DNA from: an uncultured Alphaproteobacteria bacterium
GTDB taxonomy: Bacteria; Pseudomonadota; Alphaproteobacteria; Methylaequorales; Methylaequoraceae
Reading direction: 5' to 3'
Length of the DNA: 48,821 bases
Assembly: GCA_902542925.1 (NCBI GenBank)
Contig: CACBWF010000002.1
Span: forward strand, 1 to 48,821
The first letter of the stretch is position 1, and each line of letters begins with the position of its first letter. Shown here piece by piece: positions 33,557 to 45,278 of this stretch. The notes below the pieces were generated by a model that ran no database searches, was not told the DNA's origin, and was given only the letters and a program-made list of their open reading frames with translations. The translations under genes were made by a program, and so were the position numbers.

Positions 33557-34900
33557 ATGAAAAAATGGAATCCTAAATCATGGCAAAACAAAATTGCTCT
33601 TCATCAGCCGGTTTATAAGGATACATCTGAACTGAATAAAACTATTGGAAAGATGTCTAACTTCCCACCTTTAGTCTTCGCAGGTGAAGTGAGAAATTTA
33701 AAGGAAGAACTTGCTAAATGCGTAAATGGTGATGGTTTTCTACTACAGGCAGGTGATTGTGCTGAGAGTTTTGCAGAATTTCATCCAAACAATATAAGGG
33801 ATACTTTTAGAGTTATTATGCAAATGTCGGTCATTTTAACATTTGCTGCGGGTGTCCCAGTCACAAAGGTGGGAAGATTAGCTGGACAATTTGCTAAACC
33901 AAGGTCATCACCAACGGAAAAAAAAAATGGTCAGGAGTTGGATAGTTATTTAGGTGATATGATAAATGCAATAGAATTTACAAAAGAAGGTAGAACACCC
34001 GACCCAAAAAGAATGATTGATGCATATTTTCAATCAGCGTCTACACAAAATCTTCTCAGAGCTTTCGCTAATGGAGGTTATGCAGATTTATCATATGTAC
34101 AAAATTGGAATTTAGATTTCGTTAAAAATTCATCACAAGGATCAGCATACAAAAAAATTGCAAATAGGATAACTGAAAGTTTGAATTTTATGAATGCTTT
34201 TGGCATCAATAGCACCAATTCTAAACAGATATATGAAACAGACTTTTATATATCTCATGAAGCTTTACTACTTCCCTATGAAACTTGTTTTGCAAGGATA
34301 GATAGTACTACAGGTGATTGGTATGATGTTTCCGCTCATATGCTTTGGATAGGTGACAGAACAAGGCAATTAGATGGAGCACACGTTGAATTTTGCAAGG
34401 GTATAAGCAACCCGATTGGAATAAAGATAGGGCCAAAAACTAATTTAGATGAACTACCTAAATTAATTGAAGTGATTAATCCACAAAATGTACCAGGAAA
34501 AATTGTTTTGATAGTAAGAATGGGACAAGAAAATATAAAAAAAATTTTTCCTCCAATATTAAAAACAGTTACAAAAAATGGGTTTAACGTGGTTTGGTCA
34601 TCTGACCCTATGCATGGAAACACCGAAAAAAGTAATAGTGGTTACAAAACAAGAAATTTTTTAAATGTTATTAATGAAGTGAAACATTTTTTTGAAATTC
34701 ATAAATCTGAAGGAACTAAAGCTGGTGGAATTCATATTGAGATGACTGGCCAAAATGTGACAGAATGTCTTGGTGGTATGCAAAAAATTTCTGATGAGGA
34801 TCTTGGAAATAGATATCATACCCACTGTGATCCAAGATTGAATGCATCACAATCAATAGAACTTGCTTTTTTACTTGCATCGTCACTTAAAGATTTTTAA
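33557..34900 (+). CDS. 3-deoxy-7-phosphoheptulonate (DAHP) synthase, class II
   Basis: 447 aa; RLAGQFAKPRSS, HMLWIGDRTRQ and DPMHGNT motifs. Confidence 0.92.
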   Translation: MKKWNPKSWQNKIALHQPVYKDTSELNKTIGKMSNFPPLVFAGEVRNLKEELAKCVNGDGFLLQAGDCAESFAEFHPNNIRDTFRVIMQMSVILTFAAGVPVTKVGRLAGQFAKPRSSPTEKKNGQELDSYLGDMINAIEFTKEGRTPDPKRMIDAYFQSASTQNLLRAFANGGYADLSYVQNWNLDFVKNSSQGSAYKKIANRITESLNFMNAFGINSTNSKQIYETDFYISHEALLLPYETCFARIDSTTGDWYDVSAHMLWIGDRTRQLDGAHVEFCKGISNPIGIKIGPKTNLDELPKLIEVINPQNVPGKIVLIVRMGQENIKKIFPPILKTVTKNGFNVVWSSDPMHGNTEKSNSGYKTRNFLNVINEVKHFFEIHKSEGTKAGGIHIEMTGQNVTECLGGMQKISDEDLGNRYHTHCDPRLNASQSIELAFLLASSLKDF

Positions 34901-34919
34901 TTTATAAGGAATTATAGTC

Positions 34920-36557
34920 TTGGAGATTAATTTTTTAGTTGCACAACTTGAATCAAGTGTTGGTAATATTGAACAAAATTATCAAAAAATAAAAAAAGTA
35001 TTTTTAGAAGCTGAAAAAAAAAATTTTGATTTTTTAATATCTACTGAACTTGCTTTATCTGGTTATCCCCCAAAAGATTTATTATTAAGAGAAGATTTTA
35101 TTAATTCCACTAAGTTTTACCTTAATAAACTTAAAGACTTGACAAACAAAAAACAATGCAATCTTTGTTTAGGTAGTCCATACCTAAAAAATAAGGAATT
35201 ATATAATTCATTATTAATTTTTAATGGTGGAAAAATTAAGCAAGTAATAAACAAAACTATTTTACCAAATTATGGGGTATTTGATGAAAAACGTTATTTT
35301 AATCCAGGAGAAATAGGTTCTAATATTTTTCATTACAAAAATAAAAGAATATGTTTTTTAATTTGTGAAGATTTCTGGAATATTAAATTTGTAAAATATC
35401 AGCTTATCCATAAGCCAGATATAATAATAGTCATTAATGCTTCGCCATTTGAAAAAAAAAAATATCAAGAAAGGATAAAGACCGCACAGGATATAGTAAA
35501 AAAATCAGGATGTACGATAATTTACTCTAATTTAACTAATGCACAAGACGATCTAGTATTTGATGGTGGTTCATTTTGTATGTCAAAAAATCAAACAGTT
35601 ATTTATCAGGCTCCGTTTTTTGAAGAGAATAATTTAGAAGTAACTTTTCCTTTGAAAAAAAATAAATTAAGTAAAGCTTATGATGTTAAAGAGTATATGA
35701 TAACTTACAAAGCACTTGTATATAGCTTGAGGAAATATCTTGACAAATCAGGATTTAAAAAAGTTTTAATTGGTATTTCGGGTGGTATTGATTCAGCATT
35801 ATGTGCAACTATTGCATGTGATGCAATTGGAAGTTCAAATGTATCAGGTTATTTATTACCTTCAAAATATACATCAAAAGAGAGTATTAGAGATGCACAA
35901 AAGCTTTCAAAAAACCTAAACATAAATTTAAAAAATATAGATATTGAAAAGATTTTAGATTCTTATAATAAACAACTAAGCCCGTACTTTAGAGGCTTTT
36001 CAAAAGATATTACTGAGGAAAATCTTCAATCTAGAATAAGGGGAAGTTTATTAATGTCCTTATCCAATAAGTTTAAACACCTATTAATTACTACTGGAAA
36101 TAAATCAGAACTAGCTGTAGGTTACTCAACTTTATATGGCGACATGTGTGGAGGTTTTTCAATATTAAAAGATGTCTACAAAACTGAGGTTTTTGAACTA
36201 GCCAAATGGAGAAATCAAAGTACTAATAAATACTTTTTATTGAAAAAAAAAAAATTAATTCCTAATAACATAATTTTAAAAGAACCAACCGCTGAATTAA
36301 AAGAGAACCAAAAGGATTCTGATTCATTACCACCATACGATATTCTAGACAAAATCTTATATTTTCTAATTGATGAAGGTGTTTCAAAGGATGTTATAAT
36401 AAAAAAAGGTTTTGAAGAGAGGTTGGTTAATGAAATTTGGAACATGCTTAAGAATTCTGAATTTAAAAGATATCAATCTGCAATAGGACCCAAAGTGTCA
36501 AGGATGAATTTTGATAATGATAGAAGATTCCCAATTGTTAACGATTATAAAATCTAA
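34920..36557 (+). CDS. nadE: Glutamine-dependent NAD+ synthetase
   Basis: TTG start with AAGGA 9 nt upstream. N-terminal nitrilase-type domain (ICEDFW) plus PP-loop SGGIDSAL; 545 aa. Contains an A12 tract at 36243-36254. Confidence 0.9.
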   Translation: MEINFLVAQLESSVGNIEQNYQKIKKVFLEAEKKNFDFLISTELALSGYPPKDLLLREDFINSTKFYLNKLKDLTNKKQCNLCLGSPYLKNKELYNSLLIFNGGKIKQVINKTILPNYGVFDEKRYFNPGEIGSNIFHYKNKRICFLICEDFWNIKFVKYQLIHKPDIIIVINASPFEKKKYQERIKTAQDIVKKSGCTIIYSNLTNAQDDLVFDGGSFCMSKNQTVIYQAPFFEENNLEVTFPLKKNKLSKAYDVKEYMITYKALVYSLRKYLDKSGFKKVLIGISGGIDSALCATIACDAIGSSNVSGYLLPSKYTSKESIRDAQKLSKNLNINLKNIDIEKILDSYNKQLSPYFRGFSKDITEENLQSRIRGSLLMSLSNKFKHLLITTGNKSELAVGYSTLYGDMCGGFSILKDVYKTEVFELAKWRNQSTNKYFLLKKKKLIPNNIILKEPTAELKENQKDSDSLPPYDILDKILYFLIDEGVSKDVIIKKGFEERLVNEIWNMLKNSEFKRYQSAIGPKVSRMNFDNDRRFPIVNDYKI

Positions 36558-36563
36558 AGTACT

Positions 36564-37874
36564 ATGCTGAGATTTGCACCAAGTCCAACCGGTTATTTGC
36601 ATGTTGGGAATGCAAGAATTGCTATTTTAAATTATCTCTTTGCAAAAAAAAATAACCTAGAATATTTTTTACGATTTGATGATACTGATACTGTAAGATC
36701 GAAGAAAATATATGAAGAGCAAATAAAGATAGATTTAGATTGGCTAGGTGTAAGATTTAAATCTAGTTTCAATCAACTTGATAGATTAGATACCTATAGA
36801 GGTATTGCTGATGATCTAAAGAAAAAAGGTTTTATTTATCCATGCTATGAAAAACCAGAAGAATTAGAAATAAAAAGAAAACTTCAATTGAAATCTGGGA
36901 AACCACCTTTGTACGATAGATCTTCACTTAAATTGACATCAAAAGAGATAAACGAATATGTTAAACAAGGAATAAAACCACATTGGAGATTTAAATTAAA
37001 TAGCAATCCTATAAAATGGAAAGACCTTCTTCACGGAAATATTTCGTTTGAAAATTTACCAATATCGGACCCGGTTGTTATAAGGTCCGATGGAACTCCT
37101 TTGTTTACCTTAACATCAGTTATTGATGATTTAGATTTTAAAATTTCACATGTAATTAGAGGTGATGATCATATAACAAATACAGCTGCGCAAATACAAT
37201 TATTTCACACGATTGGTGATAAGGCACCAAAGTTTGCTCACGTTCCTTTGATGAAATCAATATCAGGTGAACAACTATCAAAAAGGGATAAATCTTTTTC
37301 TTTAAGTGATATTAAAAAAAATGGAATACAGTCTGAGGTTCTTTTTAACATGTTATCAAAACTCGGGTCAAAACACAGTTACGATAAAATTGATAGTTTA
37401 TTAACTTTACAAGAAAATTTTGAAATAAATAATTTTTCAAAAAATACAATAAATTTCAATTTTTCAGATTTAGAAAAAATGAATTCTAAATTTTTATGTA
37501 ATTTATCCATTAATGAAATTAAAAATATTACACACCTTGATATATCTAATAATCAATGGTCAGTCATAAAACCAAATATAAAAACTTTTGAAGATATAGG
37601 TGTTTGGTTTGATATCATTAATAAAAGTTTTAAAAAAATTGAAGATAATTCAAATTCAGAATTATTTAAAGTAGCTGCAGAATGTTTACCAGATAACATT
37701 TCGGAAGAAACATGGAAATTATGGTGTTTAGAAATTAATAAAAAAACTGGTATAAGTGGAAAAAAATTATTTCTTCCTCTAAGATTAAAATTAACAGGAA
37801 GAGAGAGTGGACCAGAAATGAAAAAAATTATTAATATTCTTGGGAAAAATGAAATTATAAGAAGACTTATTTAG
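36564..37874 (+). CDS. gltX: Glutamate--tRNA ligase
   Basis: RFAPSPTGYLHVGNAR (HIGH), a QLSKRD (KMSKS-like) motif and a typical C-terminal LRLKLTGRESGPE. Confidence 0.9.
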   Translation: MLRFAPSPTGYLHVGNARIAILNYLFAKKNNLEYFLRFDDTDTVRSKKIYEEQIKIDLDWLGVRFKSSFNQLDRLDTYRGIADDLKKKGFIYPCYEKPEELEIKRKLQLKSGKPPLYDRSSLKLTSKEINEYVKQGIKPHWRFKLNSNPIKWKDLLHGNISFENLPISDPVVIRSDGTPLFTLTSVIDDLDFKISHVIRGDDHITNTAAQIQLFHTIGDKAPKFAHVPLMKSISGEQLSKRDKSFSLSDIKKNGIQSEVLFNMLSKLGSKHSYDKIDSLLTLQENFEINNFSKNTINFNFSDLEKMNSKFLCNLSINEIKNITHLDISNNQWSVIKPNIKTFEDIGVWFDIINKSFKKIEDNSNSELFKVAAECLPDNISEETWKLWCLEINKKTGISGKKLFLPLRLKLTGRESGPEMKKIINILGKNEIIRRLI

Positions 37875-37875
37875 A

Positions 37876-39459
37876 ATGAAAAAAGTTAAAAAAAATTTAA
37901 CAATTTATGATAGTACTTTAAGAGATGGGGCTCAAACTAGGGGTTTAGCATTTGGATTAAATGATAAAATTAGAATAGCTGAAATTCTCGATAATCTCAA
38001 AGTAGATTATATTGAAGCTGGTTGGCCTGGTGCAAACCCAACAGATGATGAATTTTTTAAAAAAGTACCCAAAATGTCAAATTCAAAGATCGTAGCGTTT
38101 GGTATGACAAGAAAAAATGGTAAAAGTTGTCAGAATGATCCTGGGTTGAACGCAGTTCTTAATAGCGGGGTTTCAACAGCATGTATTGTTGGTAAAGCAT
38201 GGGATTTTCATGTAAAAAAGGCCCTTGGTGTAAGTAATAAAGTTAACTTAGACATGATAGGGGACTCAATTTACTTTTCATCTAAAAGGATGGACGAAAT
38301 AATATTTGATGCAGAACATTTTTTTGATGGATACAAATCTAATCCTAAATATTCTTTAAAAGCAATCCAGATAGCCTTCCAAGCTGGAGCCAAATATATA
38401 GTATTGTGTGATACAAATGGTGGAACCCTTCCTTTTGAGTTAAAAAAAATAATTAGTGATGTCCAAAATATTGTACCATCCGAAAATATAGGAGTTCATT
38501 TCCATAATGATTCTGATTTAGCAACTGCAAATTCTTTAGAAGCCATAAGATTAGGGGTTGGTCAGGTTCAGGGTACATTTAACGGACTTGGTGAAAGATG
38601 TGGAAATGTAAATTTAGTAAATGTCATTGCCAATGTTTGTTTAAAGATGGGAATAAAAATAGAAATTAGAAAAAATCTGAAACAACTAACAAACAGCAGT
38701 AAAATGATAGATGAAATTTTAAATAGAACACCAAGTAGAAATTTACCTTTTGTAGGCTCTGCTGCTTTTGCCCACAAGGGAGGATTACATATCTCAGCTG
38801 TGGAAAAAGATCCAAAAAGCTACGAACATATAGATCCAAAGTTAGTGGGAAATGAAAGAACACTCGTTGTTTCAAACCAATCAGGTAAATCTAATATTAT
38901 ATCTCAATTGAAAAGTTTAAAAATCAAATTTAATAAAGATAGCAAGGATCTTACAAATTTTGTAAAACTCGCTAAACATCAGGAATATTTAGGATTTGCT
39001 TACGATGGTGCTGAAGCAAGTTTCGAGCTTTTAGCACTAAGAAAATTTAAAAAATTAAAAGAATTTTATACTCTTAACAGTTTCAAGGTTTCTGATGAAA
39101 AAAGAATATCAACAAATGGAGTATATTTAACCTTATCTGAAGCAAGAATAAAACTTACAGTAAAAAATAAAAAATTTTATAGCGCTGCTGAAGGAAATGG
39201 GCCTATACATGCACTTGATAATGCCTTAAGGCAAGCATTAATTAAGTCATATCCAAAAATAAAAAAACTTAATCTTTTAGATTATAAAGTAAGAATTTTA
39301 ACTCCACGTGAGGGTACAGACGCTCAGGTAAGAGTGAGAATAGAATCCACAAATGGTAAATTCAAATGGTCAACTATAGGGGTTTCAAAAAATGTTATTG
39401 ATGCATCATTCTTGGCTTTAAATGACAGTTTTACTTACCACTTGTTAAAGATGTCTTGA
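37876..39459 (+). CDS. cimA: (R)-citramalate synthase (LeuA/CimA family)
   Basis: LRDGAQ, HFHNDSDLATANSL and a C-terminal LeuA-dimer-type regulatory domain; 527 aa. Confidence 0.82.
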   Translation: MKKVKKNLTIYDSTLRDGAQTRGLAFGLNDKIRIAEILDNLKVDYIEAGWPGANPTDDEFFKKVPKMSNSKIVAFGMTRKNGKSCQNDPGLNAVLNSGVSTACIVGKAWDFHVKKALGVSNKVNLDMIGDSIYFSSKRMDEIIFDAEHFFDGYKSNPKYSLKAIQIAFQAGAKYIVLCDTNGGTLPFELKKIISDVQNIVPSENIGVHFHNDSDLATANSLEAIRLGVGQVQGTFNGLGERCGNVNLVNVIANVCLKMGIKIEIRKNLKQLTNSSKMIDEILNRTPSRNLPFVGSAAFAHKGGLHISAVEKDPKSYEHIDPKLVGNERTLVVSNQSGKSNIISQLKSLKIKFNKDSKDLTNFVKLAKHQEYLGFAYDGAEASFELLALRKFKKLKEFYTLNSFKVSDEKRISTNGVYLTLSEARIKLTVKNKKFYSAAEGNGPIHALDNALRQALIKSYPKIKKLNLLDYKVRILTPREGTDAQVRVRIESTNGKFKWSTIGVSKNVIDASFLALNDSFTYHLLKMS

Positions 39460-39468
39460 GTTAAAAGT

Positions 39469-40200
39469 GTGGATAATTTTAAAAATTTAGAAATAATACT
39501 AGTTAATACGCAAATACCAGAAAATCTTGGCTTTGTAGCAAGAGCGATGTTAAATTGTGGTTTAAAAAAATTAAGACTAGTTTCTCCAGAATTTGACATC
39601 AACAATGAAAAAATTCTCCCAATAGCAGCAGGTGCTGATGAAGTAATAAAAAAAATGCGTGTTTTTAATTGTTATTCAGAGGCGATCAGAGATTTTAATT
39701 TTCTTATTGCAAGTACAGCCAGAAATAGAAGTTTAAAGAAACCAAATTTGACACCAGAAAAAGCAGCTCATGAAGCAATTGAAAAAGTTAATGCTAAAAA
39801 TAAAGTTGGTTTTGTTTTTGGACCCGAGAAATCTGGACTAACTAACGAAAATCTATCAGTTATTGATAAAACTGTAACAATTAAAACAAATCCTTCTTTT
39901 TCCTCTATCAATTTATCTCATGCAGTAATGATCATATGTTATGAACTAATAAAATTAAATAAGTTAATAAAATTTTCAAATAATAAAGGAAAATTAATTA
40001 AAAAAGAGAAATTGATCTTTTTCTATAACCATATCGAAAAATTACTTAATAAATCTGGTTTTATAAAAACAGATGAAAGAAAAGATATGATAATTCTTAA
40101 GATTAAAAATATATTTTCAAAAAGTAATCTTGAAGAAAATGAAATCGACATTTTGTTTGGAATATTTACAAGCTTATATAAAGCAAAAAATAACAAATGA
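39469..40200 (+). CDS. SpoU/TrmH-family RNA 2'-O-methyltransferase (TrmJ/LasT-like)
   Basis: GTG start; LGFVARAMLNCGL and FGPEKSGL motifs. Confidence 0.75.
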   Translation: MDNFKNLEIILVNTQIPENLGFVARAMLNCGLKKLRLVSPEFDINNEKILPIAAGADEVIKKMRVFNCYSEAIRDFNFLIASTARNRSLKKPNLTPEKAAHEAIEKVNAKNKVGFVFGPEKSGLTNENLSVIDKTVTIKTNPSFSSINLSHAVMIICYELIKLNKLIKFSNNKGKLIKKEKLIFFYNHIEKLLNKSGFIKTDERKDMIILKIKNIFSKSNLEENEIDILFGIFTSLYKAKNNK

Positions 40201-40236
40201 AATTGACTTAAAAAAATTAAAAAGTATATTCTCAAT

Positions 40237-40854
40237 ATGACTAGAATTTTAAAATCCAAGTATAAAATCGATAGAAGACTTCGTTGTAATCTCTGGGGGA
40301 GACCCAAAAGTCCATTCAATAAAAGAGAGTATCCACCAGGACTAAATGGGCAAAATAAAAGAAGAAAGCCATCAGATTATGGTATCCAATTAATGGCTAA
40401 ACAAAGACTAAAAGGTCACTATGGATATATTACTGAAAAGCAGTTTCATAATTTATACGTTAAAGCTTCAAAGCTTAAAGGAGATACTAGTCAAAATCTA
40501 GTACAGCTACTTGAAAGAAGGCTTGATGCTGTTGTTTATAGAATGAAATTTGTGTCTACAATTTTTGCAGCAAGACAGTTCGTTAGTCACGGACATATAT
40601 TAGTTAACGGAAATAAAGTTACAATAGCTTCTTACAGCGTTAAAGATGAAGATATAATTGAACTCAAAACTAAAAGTAAAGAGATACCAATAGTATTAGA
40701 GTCGATCAGTTCTAACGAAAGAGATGTACCAGAATATTTGTCAGTTGATTATGATAAAATGAAAGGTAAATTTATTAAAGGTCCCAAACTTGACGATATT
40801 CCTTATCCTGTTGTTATGGAGCCTAATCTTGTAATAGAATATTATTCAAGATAA
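40237..40854 (+). CDS. rpsD: 30S ribosomal protein S4
   Basis: 205 aa with an S4 RNA-binding domain ([11 protein letters not shown]...); stand-alone location as in alphaproteobacteria. Confidence 0.95.
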   Translation: MTRILKSKYKIDRRLRCNLWGRPKSPFNKREYPPGLNGQNKRRKPSDYGIQLMAKQRLKGHYGYITEKQFHNLYVKASKLKGDTSQNLVQLLERRLDAVVYRMKFVSTIFAARQFVSHGHILVNGNKVTIASYSVKDEDIIELKTKSKEIPIVLESISSNERDVPEYLSVDYDKMKGKFIKGPKLDDIPYPVVMEPNLVIEYYSR

Positions 40855-40866
40855 TTTTTATATTGG

Positions 40867-41625
40867 ATGCAGATTTCAGCATTAGTTATTGCCAGAAATG
40901 AAGAAAGAAATATAAGTAAATGTCTTGAATCGTTAAAATTTGCTGATGAAACCGTTGTTATTCTCGATCGATCAAGTGATAGAACAGAAGAATTTTCAAA
41001 AATTTATACAAAAAAAATTTTTTCAGGTAACTGGATATTTGAAGGTGATCGGAGAAACTTTGGTATCAGTAAATGTAGTTATGAATGGATTTTAGAAATT
41101 GATGCTGATGAGATTATTAGTAAAGAACTTGCTAAAGAGATAAAGGTAAAAATTAATCAAAAAAAATATGATTATTTTTATATTAATTTAATAAATTACG
41201 TATATAACAAAAAAATTGTGGGTGGTTGGATGGCTTGTTTAGCACCAGACGGAAAATTTTGTTTATTTAGGAGAAAAAATAAAATATGGAGTAACAAAAA
41301 AGTACACCCTGATTATCGTATTTTTGGAAAAAAAGGTAAGGAACTCAAAAATAGTATAGACCATATGATGTCAAAAAATTTATCTGAATTAATTTGCAGA
41401 TTTAATAGAAATACGTCTTTACACGCGGAAGATTTATTTGATCAAGAAGCAAACTTAAAGAAGAGCTTTTCAATAAGAAAAATTTTTTCAAGATTTATAA
41501 AATGTTTTTTTATAAGAAAAGGATATAAAAATGGTGGTATAGGTTTATTAGTTTCAATTCTATGTTCTTTTTATCCTTATGTAGCAGCTTTGAAAGCAAA
41601 GTGGTTAGAGAATATCAAACATTAA
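40867..41625 (+). CDS. Glycosyltransferase family 2 (LPS-core type)
   Basis: ALVIARNEERNISKCL and EIDADE (DxD) motifs. An 11-nt convergent overlap with the grxD end. Confidence 0.8.
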   Translation: MQISALVIARNEERNISKCLESLKFADETVVILDRSSDRTEEFSKIYTKKIFSGNWIFEGDRRNFGISKCSYEWILEIDADEIISKELAKEIKVKINQKKYDYFYINLINYVYNKKIVGGWMACLAPDGKFCLFRRKNKIWSNKKVHPDYRIFGKKGKELKNSIDHMMSKNLSELICRFNRNTSLHAEDLFDQEANLKKSFSIRKIFSRFIKCFFIRKGYKNGGIGLLVSILCSFYPYVAALKAKWLENIKH

Positions 41626-41947
41626 AAGATATTTCTTTTTCCTTCAATATTGATTCAATTTCTCCACTTGAGACTAATTCATTTAATATATCACATCCTC
41701 CGATAAACTCATCTTTTATATAAATCTGTGGAATAGTTGGCCAACTTGAATAATCCTTAATACCTTGTCTTAATAAATCGTCTTGAAGAACGTCATAACT
41801 TGTATATTGGATATTCAAATTATCTAATAATCCAACAACATTAGCCGAAAAACCACATTGAGGAAAATCAGGGGTACCCTTCATAAAAAGCACTACATCG
41901 TTTGATTTAATCATTTTTTCTATTTTATCTTTGGTTTCGTTCTTCAT
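41615..41947 (-). CDS. grxD: Monothiol glutaredoxin (Grx4 family)
   Basis: CGFS active site (PQCGFS) and WPTIPQIYI. Confidence 0.92.
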   Translation of the reverse strand: MKNETKDKIEKMIKSNDVVLFMKGTPDFPQCGFSANVVGLLDNLNIQYTSYDVLQDDLLRQGIKDYSSWPTIPQIYIKDEFIGGCDILNELVSSGEIESILKEKEISFNV

Positions 41948-41948
41948 T

Positions 41949-42185
41949 TCAATCCTTTCTATTTATTGTTGTTAATTTTAAAGCATGAAGTGTAGTACCC
42001 ATATGTGAACCAAGAGCTTTATAGACTAATTGGTGTTGCTGAATTTTACTTAGACCGTTAAATAGAGAAGATTGAATAGTGGCATGATAATGATTTTGAT
42101 CTCCACGCAAATCTTCGATATCTATGATAGCATCTGGCATAGATTTTTTTATTAATTCGACAATATTTTTCTCAGACATAGGCAT
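41949..42185 (-). CDS. bolA: BolA-family protein
   Basis: 78 aa; HYHATIQSSLFNGLSKIQQHQLVYKAL...LHALKL; adjacent to grxD as usual. Confidence 0.85.
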   Translation of the reverse strand: MPMSEKNIVELIKKSMPDAIIDIEDLRGDQNHYHATIQSSLFNGLSKIQQHQLVYKALGSHMGTTLHALKLTTINRKD

Positions 42186-44366
42186 TTAACTAAAACAATC
42201 CATAAAAAACTTCCTATTCATATTAATAAGTTCTTTATTTGAAATTTCAAAGAGTTTTTCTATTTTTAGTCCTTTTCCTTTTACTGACCCTATACTTTCT
42301 ATAAAAACACCAGCATCTTTTGCTACTTTTTCAATGCAATTTTTTTCTCTCACTACCACAACATATCTTGATTGGTCTTCACCAAAAAGCCATTTTTTTT
42401 TGTTTTTTTTGGGGGGGACTTTAATGTTAACACCAAGATTACATTTAATTACCATTTCAGCAAGGCTAATAATAATACCGCCTTCTGATATATCGTGAAC
42501 ACCAATTAATTCTTTATTATATTTATCAATATAATTTCTAATGAAATTCCCATTTTTTTTTTCTTGTATTAAATCAAGGTTTGGTGGTTGGCCAGTTTCT
42601 TCGTTAAAAACAATTTTTTTGTACATTGAGAGATCAAGATGACCGTATGTTTTACCAATTACAAAGATTTTACCATTCTCTTCAAGACTTATTGTAGCTT
42701 TTTTTCTATAGTTTTTGATTAATCCAACTCCACCTATTACTGGCGTAGGATATATAGATTTACCATTTGTTTCATTGTAAAGCGAAACATTACCAGATAC
42801 TACTGGAAAATTTAATGAAGAACATGCTACCCCAATACCTCTTATAGACTCTTTGATTTCATACATGATTTCATCTTTTTCTGGGTTTCCAAAATTAAGA
42901 TTGTCAGTAATTGCCATCGGCTTTGCTCCAACTGCACACAGATTTCTCCAACATTCCGCAACAGCAATCATTGCTCCATAAAATGGGTCAGCTTTACAGT
43001 AAATGGGATTACAGTCGCTTGTTAGAGCTATGGCTTTATTAGTATTGTGAATTCTAATTACTGCTGAATCACTCTCTTGAGGGCCTAATATAGTGTCTGC
43101 CATAACTTGAAAATCATATTGTGAAAAAAGTGGTCTTTTATTTGAAAAATTCTCATTAGAAATAATTTTTTTAAAACTTTCTTTTATTGAAATATCCTTT
43201 TTTTTTGATGAATATTTTACTGATATACTCTTTTTTTTTGAGTTTCTGTCATATTCAGGTGAATTTTTCACTAAATCATTAATTGGAAGGTTGCATTGAA
43301 TTTTATTCTTACTAAAAATTTTCATCTGCTGTGTATCGTTTAACCTGCCAACTTCAACAGACTCCAAACCCCATTTATTAAATATTTCTGATGTTATTTT
43401 TTTATATTCTGGGTTAATTACCATTAACATCCGTTCTTGTGTTTCAGAAAGCATTATTTCATAGGGAGTCATACCTTTTTCCCTAAGTGGTATTTTATCT
43501 ATATTTAGATCTATACCTTTATTACCTTTGGATGCCATTTCAAAAGAGGATGAGGTTAGACCTGCAGCGCCCATATCTTGGATCGAAACTATTGCTTTTG
43601 TATTCATAAGTTCTAAACATGCTTCTAATAGTAGCTTCTCAGTGAAAGGATCTCCAACCTGAACTTGAGGACGGTTCTCAGAGGAGTCATCATCAAATTC
43701 AGCAGATGCCATTGTTGCTCCATGAATTCCATCTCTACCTGTTTTTGCGCCCACATAAATAATTGGAAAGGATTTCCCTCTAGCAGCAGAATAAAATATT
43801 TTATTTTTTTTAACTAATCCTACACTCATTGCATTTACTAAGATGTTATTATTGTAACATTCATGAAAAAAACATTCTCCACCAACGGTTGGTATACCAA
43901 CACAATTCCCGTAATCTCCGATACCTGAGACAACTCCATTAATCAGATAGTTTGTTCTGGAATTTTTAGGTTCACCAAAACGCAAAGAATTTAAATTTGC
44001 AATAGGACGAGCCCCCATTGTGAATACGTCTCTCATAATGCCACCCACACCAGTTGCTGCACCTTGATAAGGTTCAATAAAAGAGGGGTGATTGTGACTC
44101 TCCATTTTAAAAACCAAAGCATCATTATCACCTATATCAATAACTCCTGCATTTTCACCTGGACCACATATGACCCATGGAGCTTTAGTAGGTAGGGTTT
44201 TTAACCATTTTTTAGTGGATTTATATGAACAATGTTCACTCCACATAACTGAAAATATTCCTAATTCTAATAAATTTGGTTTCCTATTTAATATAACTAA
44301 TATTTTTTGGTACTCTTCCTCAGTTAAATTATGTTGTGATAATAATTTTTTTGTAATTTTTGTCAT
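42186..44366 (-). CDS. purL: Phosphoribosylformylglycinamidine synthase subunit PurL
   Basis: 726 aa with duplicated AIR-synthase-like domains (ESHNHPS, DMGAAGL). Contains a T9/T8/G7 tract at 42393-42417. Confidence 0.95.
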   Translation of the reverse strand: MTKITKKLLSQHNLTEEEYQKILVILNRKPNLLELGIFSVMWSEHCSYKSTKKWLKTLPTKAPWVICGPGENAGVIDIGDNDALVFKMESHNHPSFIEPYQGAATGVGGIMRDVFTMGARPIANLNSLRFGEPKNSRTNYLINGVVSGIGDYGNCVGIPTVGGECFFHECYNNNILVNAMSVGLVKKNKIFYSAARGKSFPIIYVGAKTGRDGIHGATMASAEFDDDSSENRPQVQVGDPFTEKLLLEACLELMNTKAIVSIQDMGAAGLTSSSFEMASKGNKGIDLNIDKIPLREKGMTPYEIMLSETQERMLMVINPEYKKITSEIFNKWGLESVEVGRLNDTQQMKIFSKNKIQCNLPINDLVKNSPEYDRNSKKKSISVKYSSKKKDISIKESFKKIISNENFSNKRPLFSQYDFQVMADTILGPQESDSAVIRIHNTNKAIALTSDCNPIYCKADPFYGAMIAVAECWRNLCAVGAKPMAITDNLNFGNPEKDEIMYEIKESIRGIGVACSSLNFPVVSGNVSLYNETNGKSIYPTPVIGGVGLIKNYRKKATISLEENGKIFVIGKTYGHLDLSMYKKIVFNEETGQPPNLDLIQEKKNGNFIRNYIDKYNKELIGVHDISEGGIIISLAEMVIKCNLGVNIKVPPKKNKKKWLFGEDQSRYVVVVREKNCIEKVAKDAGVFIESIGSVKGKGLKIEKLFEISNKELINMNRKFFMDCFS

Positions 44367-45040
44367 AAATACATTTTTAAGCTTTTGAAAAATAAAATCC
44401 CATCGTCTTGTATTGTTAAATCAATCGCCCTTTCAGGGTGAGGCATTAACCCTAAAACATTCTTGCTTGAATTAATGATTCCAGCAATATTATTCATGGA
44501 TCCATTCGGATTAAAATTGCTATTAATTTCACCCTTTGCACTACAATATCTAAATATTACTTGATTGTTGTCTTCCAGTGAATTCAAAACTTTTTTATCT
44601 GCGAAGTAATTTCCTTGCGAATGTGCAATTGGTAATTTGATAATTTGGTTATTTTTAAACGAGCTTGTAAAAATAGAATTATTATCAACTTTCAAATTTA
44701 CACTTTTACATAAAAATTTTGGATTTCTATTTTTTATCAAAATACCTGGTAACAAATTACACTCAGTAAGTATCTGAAATCCATTACAAATACCAATTAT
44801 TGGGACTCCTTTTTTTGAGAGTCTTTCAACTTCTCTCATTGCAGGGGATTTTGTAGCTAAAATTCCGGCTCTCAAATGATCTCCAAATGAGAAACCTCCT
44901 GGTATAAAAATCATATCAGATTTCTTAATATTTGCAGTTTTATGCCAAACCATATCGACTTTTTTTTTTAAGGTTTTTTCAATTGCGACTTTTAAATCTC
45001 TATCACAATTTGATCCTGGAAAAACCACTATTGAAATCAT
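44363..45040 (-). CDS. purQ: Phosphoribosylformylglycinamidine synthase subunit PurQ (glutaminase)
   Basis: GICNGFQ nucleophile elbow and MPHPER; ATGA overlap with purL. Confidence 0.93.
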   Translation of the reverse strand: MISIVVFPGSNCDRDLKVAIEKTLKKKVDMVWHKTANIKKSDMIFIPGGFSFGDHLRAGILATKSPAMREVERLSKKGVPIIGICNGFQILTECNLLPGILIKNRNPKFLCKSVNLKVDNNSIFTSSFKNNQIIKLPIAHSQGNYFADKKVLNSLEDNNQVIFRYCSAKGEINSNFNPNGSMNNIAGIINSSKNVLGLMPHPERAIDLTIQDDGILFFKSLKMYL

Positions 45041-45041
45041 T

Positions 45042-45278
45042 TTAATTATCTATCTTCTTTATCTCAAAATTTTCAATAATAGGATTAGATAAAATTTTTT
45101 CGCTTAAGGAGGAGATTTCATCTTTACTATTTTTACCAGACGTATCAATGTCAAAAAATTTACCTTTTTTTAAGGATTTTATTTTTTTAAATCCACTGGT
45201 ATGAAGAGTTTTTTTTATTGCTTCTGCCTCAGGGTCAAGAATTCCATTTTTAAAAAAAACATAGACTCTATATTTCAT
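45042..45278 (-). CDS. purS: Phosphoribosylformylglycinamidine synthase subunit PurS
   Basis: 78 aa; KNGILDPEAEAIKKTL pattern. Confidence 0.85.
   Translation of the reverse strand: MKYRVYVFFKNGILDPEAEAIKKTLHTSGFKKIKSLKKGKFFDIDTSGKNSKDEISSLSEKILSNPIIENFEIKKIDN

Noticed and set aside
42393-42417. T9-T8-G7 homopolymer cluster in purL as a phase-variation switch
   Set aside because: It lies in an essential purine-biosynthesis gene and encodes an in-frame PPKKNKKKW surface loop, with no alternative downstream frame. This is more likely compositional drift, and it is covered by the general poly(A) observation.
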